IMG/VR virus record: IMGVR_UViG_3300030397_000021
Span: 1 to 38,241 of that record
Source of the DNA: a virus
Length of the DNA: 38,241 bases
Strand: one strand, 5' to 3'
Of this stretch, positions 33,901-38,241 are shown in pieces (the stretch's first letter is position 1; each line of letters begins with the position of its first letter). The notes beneath the pieces are model-generated. The model did no database searches and was not told the DNA's origin. It saw nothing but the letters and a program-made list of their open reading frames with translations. The position numbers and the translations under genes were made by a program.

Positions 33901-36131
33901 GTAAAGACTACCCGGTGTTTGAGTCTATCCAGAAAGAATACCAACAGTTTAATGATCGCATGATGGACTTTTACGAAGAGGCCGGAATGATTACGCCTGA
34001 AGGCCGTAAAACAATGCAGTCAATGAATAAAGACTATGTACCTTTCAACCGTATCCGTGATCAGCTTGCTGGTGGTAAAGGTGCGGCTAGTGCCGGATTC
34101 CAAAAACTTAAAGGTGGAACCGCTAACCTGAATGATATTTTGGTAAACATTCAAGACGGAATAACGGCAAATGTCCGATCGGCATTAAACAACCGAGCTA
34201 AGCAGCGACTTTATCAATACATTTCAGGTCACAAAGACGGGGCGATTTTTGCAACCAAGATAGCGCCGGATTCTAAGCCTGTTCAGGTTTACGCCGATGA
34301 AATGCAAGCCAAGATCAGCAAGGTCCTTGAAGCTAACGGAATTGAGATAGAAGGTGATCTTGATTTAGCCGGAAAAGAACTTCTTACTTTTTGGCAACAC
34401 GGTGTTGCGCCTCGCGTTAATGAGTCGGGCAATATCGTTGATTCAGTGATCATCAATGGCAAGCCGAAGTATTACGAAGTGCAAGATCCGATGCTTCAAG
34501 AAATGCTTATGTCAATGAATCCTGAAAGCTACAGTTCATTTATGAATGTGATGTTCGGGGTTAAAAACTTCTTTACCCGTACCATTACGCTAGGTATTGA
34601 GTTTACCGGTGCTAACCTGGTGCGTGATACGGTTGGCGCGACATTCCTTAGTAAGAATAATTTCAAGCCGTTTATAAGTTCGTTCCAGGGTATGTATTCG
34701 TTTTTAGCTAAAGACAAATATTACCAAGACTTTATTCGTTCCGGTGGCGGTCACTCTAGCCGACTTGAGGGTGCAACTCGTGACAGCCAGGCAAGACGAA
34801 GAGTTAAGCTTGATGAATTTGGCGTTATGACTGGACCAGAGCGATTGTTAAGCAGTATTGATAATTTAGCTAGTGCTTTTGAGTATGGCACTCGTATTGG
34901 TGAATACAGACTTGCCAAGAAAAATATGAAGTCTGACATGGACGCTGGTTTTGATGCGAGAGAGATCTCAACTGACTTTAGTGTTCTTGGTGCTAACAGG
35001 TTCCTGACTGGCTACATTCGCACAGTTCCGTTCCTAAACGCGATGGTTCAATCACAGGATCGAGTCTTCAGGGAAGCGGTAGTGAGTAAGCGTTATGACG
35101 GAAACCCTACAGGCATGGCTATGAAGGCGTTTCTTGGCATTACGGTGCCGACTCTGATCCTTTATTTGGTGAATAAAGATGACGAAGATTACAAAGCAAT
35201 ACCGGATTACGAAAAAAGAACTAACTGGCATATTAAAATCGGTGACGGTCAGTTCGTTAAAATTCCTCGTCCTTATGATGTTGGTTTTGTTTATGCAACG
35301 ATGCCTGAATTATTTGCAAAGTATGTAGAAGATGACAAAGGCAAAGAGTTTGCTGACGGCATGTTGTGGACCATGACTCAGATGTATGGAATTGATGGCA
35401 CTCCGGCAATGATGACGGGATGGTGGGACCTGGTTAGAAATGAGAAATGGACAGGTGCGCCAGTTGTGCCGCAATCTCTTTCTGATGTTGAGGCTCCTGA
35501 ACAGTACACATCAAACACAAGCGAAACCTTTGTTCGCATGGGTGAGGCTTTAGGTATCAGCCCTATAAAAGCTGAGCACATGTTTAAGGCATACACTGGT
35601 TATCTTGGCGGTTATTTAATGGCTGGTACTGATCACCTGCTTTGGGATGAATCTAAATTTGGAGAAAAGCCAGATCGTAAGTTATCTGAAAATGTATTCT
35701 TGCGCCGCTTCTTGACTCCTGACGTTCGCCCGTCCACTGCTAATATGGAGAAGTTTTTCGAACTAAAAGAACAGTCTGATAAAATAGTTTCGACCTTTAA
35801 GCAAACTGTTGATGTTCGCCGAAAAATTAAAGGACAAGGCGGTGAAGGCAAGTTTAAAGATGATAATTTTTACGGGCTATCGGCTAAAGAAAAAGAAGTT
35901 CTATTTGGCCTAAATGATTCTATGAATCAATTAATTAAGCTAATGTATGGTAAGGAAGGTATTAAAACCGCTGAGCTTAAAATCAAATATGACAAAAATT
36001 TGTCTGGTAAAGAAAAGCGTGAGCAAATGGATAAGCTATGGCTTGCTCGCAATAAAGCATTTGAAACGTACTATAACCAAGCTAATCAGGCTTTACAGAA
36101 GGCCAAACGAGAAGCAAAACAGGAGAAATAA
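27969..36131 (+). CDS. Giant 2,720-aa multidomain (polyvalent) virion-module protein: hydrophobic N-region, ParB-like nuclease, N6-adenine methyltransferase, HExxH zincin, large unassigned C-terminal region
   Basis: Uninterrupted 8,163-nt ORF. GTG start with AGGAG 7 nt upstream. Motifs read directly: ISGRHRL (aa 532), FFPTPTPLVDQM...VLEPSAGKGNI...IVMNPPF...LLKPGGKLVAIM (aa 1442-1555), HEMAH (aa 1721). It occupies the gp16 slot between the ejection-protein-like ORFs and the tailspike. Confidence 0.9.
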   Translation: MSEFIKSFREQNPQYNDMADDQLVTALHNKYYSDIPVEEFNQKIGFQVAPIEPVVNEPVADQGPGLIAQPRPQDPVKPMSGYGASSDIPIQQQEPIPQQQPVDGFTGAAMKAPEEQSMLELVGSKLSEIGGGIVSGFEGALPQAKLQVAGMLQQGEVMTPEQFEQEKDSLGMRMFNGDYDNYVNFSRANKPLSTWLADKGKEISQETRAEMKPSEFEKGSPGYYSEAITGSVINMLPALGVSLVGRRPDIGLGLMLAQAKGGAYESGRLEGLTPQQADKYSTLIAAAEAIPSAIPVITLLKPTGKVLTDLAKAGVTEGGQEAVTQALQAGIDKGYIKPDMTLAEALDRMVEGAIIGAGAGTTMSLATGPVAERMNKRDQEKLIETQIESEFDALLPDAEKAAIQALSPEQAQIQQENKPQQKQELKSKEPQAKPEPVKPVAKQEFEIDKAQTTEQEPVELETPKEKPVKQQIVGKEVVEAPIEEITISEDVPQFKEGANVKGVVEPLGGKFERTGVAPIQIWVREDGRKEVISGRHRLDLAERSGEKTIPAQYHYESEGFGADQAAVLDAMLNIREGQGKVKDYVDFIKATKPRKAEAESQGILARQTGKRAFTIATEGSDALITSHRNDQLTDEAATRIAEAAPRNEKLQSVGIKAIQDGKSIAVAENMVKAVKTMTDETAQQSGDLFGFDDSAMIEAENLAKAAVKKQNEIQKTLSAVQGAAKRPELAAKEGVDVKNPEAIKARIAELKEQKSDWQNWHTNPKLTKELKAQPERAVTDEKPAITEEVEAPTPEPAAQPLPKEKDTFTNWNAKDSEGGPAEQSFTRGEYAKAINSDSKGTFFDGGEIEGISQAKQQAKINGVWHDFGSIVKADKPDPVKKPTKPMSEVVESVSKKKGKGLTDADKVPAPKADYAAEPAQAYRSFMESVANQTATVAEIKADAESLVKNKDAIIAKMSDRKFTKAMLQQITHSPRTDLKKPQMVNSAYESMLAAHVMGDATFTIFGGSKTYEQQMMEKINKQTQADVDAAYEKQREYRAQMKQRKDEFVKSLSNPETLPEFKEFIRVRGKDKMSTEQLAAYDELVAESMAEVKPEVVKAETEAVTTERAQTKHTKTGADLFVVKMVGRVPKEQFREISGKAKQLGGYYSSYSKGDAIPGFQFKTIEAADQFEQLLSGKDVDKSDFAEAKAEVKQSKKADKLLDMAEKMEAKATEEISRPRQANTARRASMAANATERAEKQLALAKTIRNIAVKLQEGEVKHLGQMSQVTQLEELITIQRRAIPNDLYEQGSFDGYSISRPLKEGVTVDDYINRVDFPGIELDSGIIERVADTLKGKRGYARLSAELRKLPKGKRDSLRKLTKEQGDKIMAANKAGLLEAYSLSWLPDQVATLNRLGKLGISTGEQLRAAIRELDSLRVAKRQEDPVKKLERDLVGKKIEGFFPTPTPLVDQMIDYADIKPGHEVLEPSAGKGNIADQIMVSAPDASLDVVEYNTSLASLLEVKGYNVVGNDFLEYSGKQYDRIVMNPPFENFQDIDHVKHAYDLLKPGGKLVAIMGAGVKNSRKKAVEFRKWLDDAGSYIEDLPEGSFKGSERSTGVNTVMVTIEKNDTNTLNYKKDDSKVSPTPKDGERVFHAPGHNFIGTHRSLGYPPRHEIVTIEGRKVKIPEKPQRIEPIMSKLIKITGRRIYFGKIKGKSTEGFYRPNVGEIRTRSKNDVEVLAHEMAHYLDVYSNITLPNFQKLYKDPKYSSEVSALSYTDADPKIEKIEGFAEFVRLWLTNANEAQLRAPKFYDAFTNELARDRKLLNPMRDMQDLMHKFYFQGPDKLGQALIGQDVSFKQRFNEWAYRRDSRIRQQVIDRFHAARKIEQELTRKIGTVEESAWKQFRIANGGAEGISDYILNYGTVQFDEKGDLKRSGKSLHEVMEPVKTIKLKPEHEGEQKIDLLMRYFAGRRALELHRQKRENLIPKETAKEWARLGKDYPVFESIQKEYQQFNDRMMDFYEEAGMITPEGRKTMQSMNKDYVPFNRIRDQLAGGKGAASAGFQKLKGGTANLNDILVNIQDGITANVRSALNNRAKQRLYQYISGHKDGAIFATKIAPDSKPVQVYADEMQAKISKVLEANGIEIEGDLDLAGKELLTFWQHGVAPRVNESGNIVDSVIINGKPKYYEVQDPMLQEMLMSMNPESYSSFMNVMFGVKNFFTRTITLGIEFTGANLVRDTVGATFLSKNNFKPFISSFQGMYSFLAKDKYYQDFIRSGGGHSSRLEGATRDSQARRRVKLDEFGVMTGPERLLSSIDNLASAFEYGTRIGEYRLAKKNMKSDMDAGFDAREISTDFSVLGANRFLTGYIRTVPFLNAMVQSQDRVFREAVVSKRYDGNPTGMAMKAFLGITVPTLILYLVNKDDEDYKAIPDYEKRTNWHIKIGDGQFVKIPRPYDVGFVYATMPELFAKYVEDDKGKEFADGMLWTMTQMYGIDGTPAMMTGWWDLVRNEKWTGAPVVPQSLSDVEAPEQYTSNTSETFVRMGEALGISPIKAEHMFKAYTGYLGGYLMAGTDHLLWDESKFGEKPDRKLSENVFLRRFLTPDVRPSTANMEKFFELKEQSDKIVSTFKQTVDVRRKIKGQGGEGKFKDDNFYGLSAKEKEVLFGLNDSMNQLIKLMYGKEGIKTAELKIKYDKNLSGKEKREQMDKLWLARNKAFETYYNQANQALQKAKREAKQEK
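29421..29738 (+). other. ParB/Srx-fold nuclease-like domain within the giant ORF
   Basis: IEEITISEDVPQFKEG...APIQIWVREDGRKEVISGRHRLDLAERSGEKTIPAQ. The GxHR motif lies at 29562-29579. Confidence 0.6.
32286..32786 (+). other. Gamma-class SAM-dependent N6-adenine DNA methyltransferase core within the giant ORF (no obvious TRD)
   Basis: Motif order X (FFPTPTPLVDQM), I (VLEPSAGKGN), IV (NPPF at 32547-32558), then LLKPGGKLVAIM, as in M.TaqI-type enzymes. Only about 75 aa follow before the next module. Confidence 0.75.
32886..33368 (+). other. Zincin-like metallopeptidase module (HExxH) within the giant ORF
   Basis: VEVLAHEMAHYLD (HEMAH at 33129-33143), with a downstream EGFAEF as a possible third ligand. 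The assignment rests on this motif only. Confidence 0.45.
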
Positions 36132-36132
36132 T

Positions 36133-38232
36133 ATGGCAGTTTCAATGATTGGGCCCAAGTTTTATGCTTGGGACAGAAACGGCAAACCACTGGCCTTCGG
36201 TAAGTTATACACCTATCAGGCACGTACTAACATCCCAAAGCCAACGTACCAGTCTGAAGATCAGATTGTCGAGAATACGAACCCTGTAATTCTTAATGGT
36301 GAGGGCTATGCCAATGTTTATTTGGATGGCTCTTACAAGATGACGCTCAAAGATTCGAATGACAATGAAATATGGTCATCTGATCCTGTAACATCGCAGT
36401 CTGCAAATGAGTGGGTGGGGTGTAGTTCTGTTACATATTTGAGCGCAAAGTCCTTTAAATTGATCGGGAATTATTCAGAAAGCTTTGAAGTTGGAATAGC
36501 AGTTAGAGTTAACAATTCATTACTTTACTCATATTCAACTGTTGAGTCTTCAGTTTTTGCAGGTGGAGAAACTACGGTAACGTTGATTGATTCTATTGTT
36601 GAAACTTCTGTTATATCTGCTTGTCATTCAATAGTTGGCCCTAAATCCATATCAATTGATAACGCGATAGTAACATCAACGGGAGCTACTAAAGGAAAGT
36701 CTTTAGCTGATAGGTTTGCTGATATAGATGGGATAGTAGATTCTACCTATAACATACCTGGCGATTTCGCTGATTGGACTGAGCTTTCTGAGTTTCTTGA
36801 GCAGAAATTATATGGCGGAACTAAAATAGTAGTAAGTATTGAACCTGGTATTTACCAGTGGGAAACGCTTCCTGAAATTTTTGGTAAAGAGTGGGGTAAT
36901 GGTAGAGTTTCATTTGTTGGAGCTGGCATTGATGTTACAACCATACAGTTTGACAAAAAAGATGGGGTTTATGCAGGTGCATTAAGTTCATTTGGTAAGG
37001 GACCGCAATTCCCAGTACCATCAAGTGACACAATACCAATAGTTGATAACCTGACACTGTCGGGAATAGATAGATCAATAGCAATAGACGATCCTTATTT
37101 AGATTCTATGGGTATTAGAGCTTTTGACGGTGGATTTGTTGCAATCGGTGCTGATGTTCGCATTACTCAATTCGCACGTGTTGGGGTTATGTCCGAGCGA
37201 AATGCGTTTGTGTATTGCCCTGGCATTGAAGTAGATACAACAGGGTCAGACTGTTTCGCAGCTTCACTAGGAGGTAAGATATATTGTCCTAACACGGTGG
37301 CTGATAATCCGCTTGGTCATTGTTATATAGGGTTCAGTAATGGGTATCTATATATGCCGAACTGCGTCGCATCTAATGCAGAACTTCGGCAAGATGGGCT
37401 AGGCGGGTCTGGCTTGGTGCTTACTGACGGTTCTCACGCGAGGGCTTTAAATTTTCAAGTCACAAACTGCGATGAAAGACCTATATCAGTTGCATTGGGC
37501 TCAACATGTTACGCGGAAGGTTTTAGTGAAAGCGGTAATGGTAAGCCCGTAACGGTTGCTCACGCTGGGAGTTGCTTGACCGCACCGAACGCAACAATTG
37601 TAAAGGCTAGTGGGGAACTCGCATTATTCGTAGAGAAAGAGGGACAAGCTACGTTTCAAGTTTCATCAACAGATGAGGTGTCTATAACAGGAAGGGTAAC
37701 AATCCAAGGGTGTTCTACTGTGCATATGCCAGATTCAAACATAATAAACTCCATCGGCACGAGTTTGTTTGTCAGTAACTCGACAGTTGACGCAGATCGC
37801 ATTGATTTCAGCGGATCGCCATCTCTGATTGCGCAAGCTGTTGATGGTGCAGTTCTTAAGATGGCTAACGGAACCGCTGAACCATCTACTGGTAGCGGTG
37901 TGTTATGTGATTCTGCTGAGGTACATGCTAAATCATTTTCATTGGCTGGAGCTGGTACTGATGGATTCAGAACTGAAAATGGAGGCAGGTCATACCTTAA
38001 TGGATCTACGGTCGGGAATGTAGGCCGCTATTCAATATTCTCTGATGGTCTTGGCTCATTCACAGATGCGAAGAATACAGTTGTGCAAGATGCGTTTGAT
38101 GGTTATCGATGCAATAACGGAGGCCATATATACGGGGTTGGTTCATCTGCTGATGGTGTTTATGTTGGTGCTGATTACAATCCAGTAATCAACACACCTG
38201 ACGCCGGACAACTGACATTGATTGTTAAGTAA
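36133..38232 (+). CDS. Tailspike/tail fibre with conserved N-terminal adaptor domain and beta-helix-like C-terminal region (likely polysaccharide depolymerase)
   Basis: ATG at 36133 with AGGAG at 36121-36125 (the ORF-track start at 35947 overlaps the giant ORF). The N-terminus FYAWDRNGKPLAFGKLYTYQARTNIPKPTYQSEDQIVENTNPVILNGEGYANVYLDGSYKMTLKDSNDNEIWSSDPV is typical of phage tail-fibre N-domains. The remainder is rich in G/S/T/N/V repeating strands. Confidence 0.8.
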   Translation: MAVSMIGPKFYAWDRNGKPLAFGKLYTYQARTNIPKPTYQSEDQIVENTNPVILNGEGYANVYLDGSYKMTLKDSNDNEIWSSDPVTSQSANEWVGCSSVTYLSAKSFKLIGNYSESFEVGIAVRVNNSLLYSYSTVESSVFAGGETTVTLIDSIVETSVISACHSIVGPKSISIDNAIVTSTGATKGKSLADRFADIDGIVDSTYNIPGDFADWTELSEFLEQKLYGGTKIVVSIEPGIYQWETLPEIFGKEWGNGRVSFVGAGIDVTTIQFDKKDGVYAGALSSFGKGPQFPVPSSDTIPIVDNLTLSGIDRSIAIDDPYLDSMGIRAFDGGFVAIGADVRITQFARVGVMSERNAFVYCPGIEVDTTGSDCFAASLGGKIYCPNTVADNPLGHCYIGFSNGYLYMPNCVASNAELRQDGLGGSGLVLTDGSHARALNFQVTNCDERPISVALGSTCYAEGFSESGNGKPVTVAHAGSCLTAPNATIVKASGELALFVEKEGQATFQVSSTDEVSITGRVTIQGCSTVHMPDSNIINSIGTSLFVSNSTVDADRIDFSGSPSLIAQAVDGAVLKMANGTAEPSTGSGVLCDSAEVHAKSFSLAGAGTDGFRTENGGRSYLNGSTVGNVGRYSIFSDGLGSFTDAKNTVVQDAFDGYRCNNGGHIYGVGSSADGVYVGADYNPVINTPDAGQLTLIVK

Positions 38233-38241
38233 AACTTAAAA

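Noticed and set aside
35947-36132. Upstream extension of the tailspike ORF (track start 35947)
   Set aside because: It overlaps the last 185 nt of the giant ORF in another frame. The ATG at 36133 has a perfect AGGAG, and the recognisable tail-fibre N-domain starts there.

Overview
The window appears to be a complete, circularly closed phage genome. Its first 123 bp are identical to its last 123 bp, so the unique length is about 38,118 bp. The phage is a short-tailed, P22-like dsDNA phage of a Gram-negative (gammaproteobacteria-like) host. Two divergent transcription units start from back-to-back sigma70-like promoters at about 5.1-5.2 kb. (1) The leftward early operon (5096 to 118) is translationally coupled. 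It encodes a Cro-like HTH, a DUF1376-type replication initiator with internal iteron-like repeats, an accessory replication protein, small unknowns, a Dam-family N6-adenine methyltransferase, an acidic 80-aa protein, a free-standing HNH-AP2 homing endonuclease, a conserved phage protein and NinG/Rap. (2) The rightward unit is about 33 kb (5212 to 38232), all on one strand. It starts with early unknowns and a recombination module (Erf annealase, an unusually long YqaJ-type exonuclease, a DnaQ-like 3'-5' exonuclease, a DUF2303-like protein, SSB). Next come a DUF2829/Tad2-like protein, an AP2-only homing-endonuclease-like gene and a lysis cassette (M15 endolysin plus two holin-like membrane proteins). 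The morphogenesis block follows in P22 gene order: terS, terL, portal, scaffold, coat, gp4-like adaptor, gp10-like hub, coiled-coil needle, three ejection-protein-slot ORFs and the tailspike. The outstanding feature is a 2,720-aa ORF (21% of the genome) in the P22 gp16 ejection-protein slot. It combines hydrophobic segments, a ParB-like nuclease motif, a gamma-class N6-adenine methyltransferase core without a target-recognition domain, an HExxH zincin motif and about 900 aa with no motif I can recognise. I interpret it as a virion-delivered polyvalent counter-defence protein analogous to P1 DarB. I saw no integrase, CI-type repressor, Q-like antiterminator, tRNA, CRISPR array or spanin. All family assignments rest on motif recognition by eye, not on database searches.
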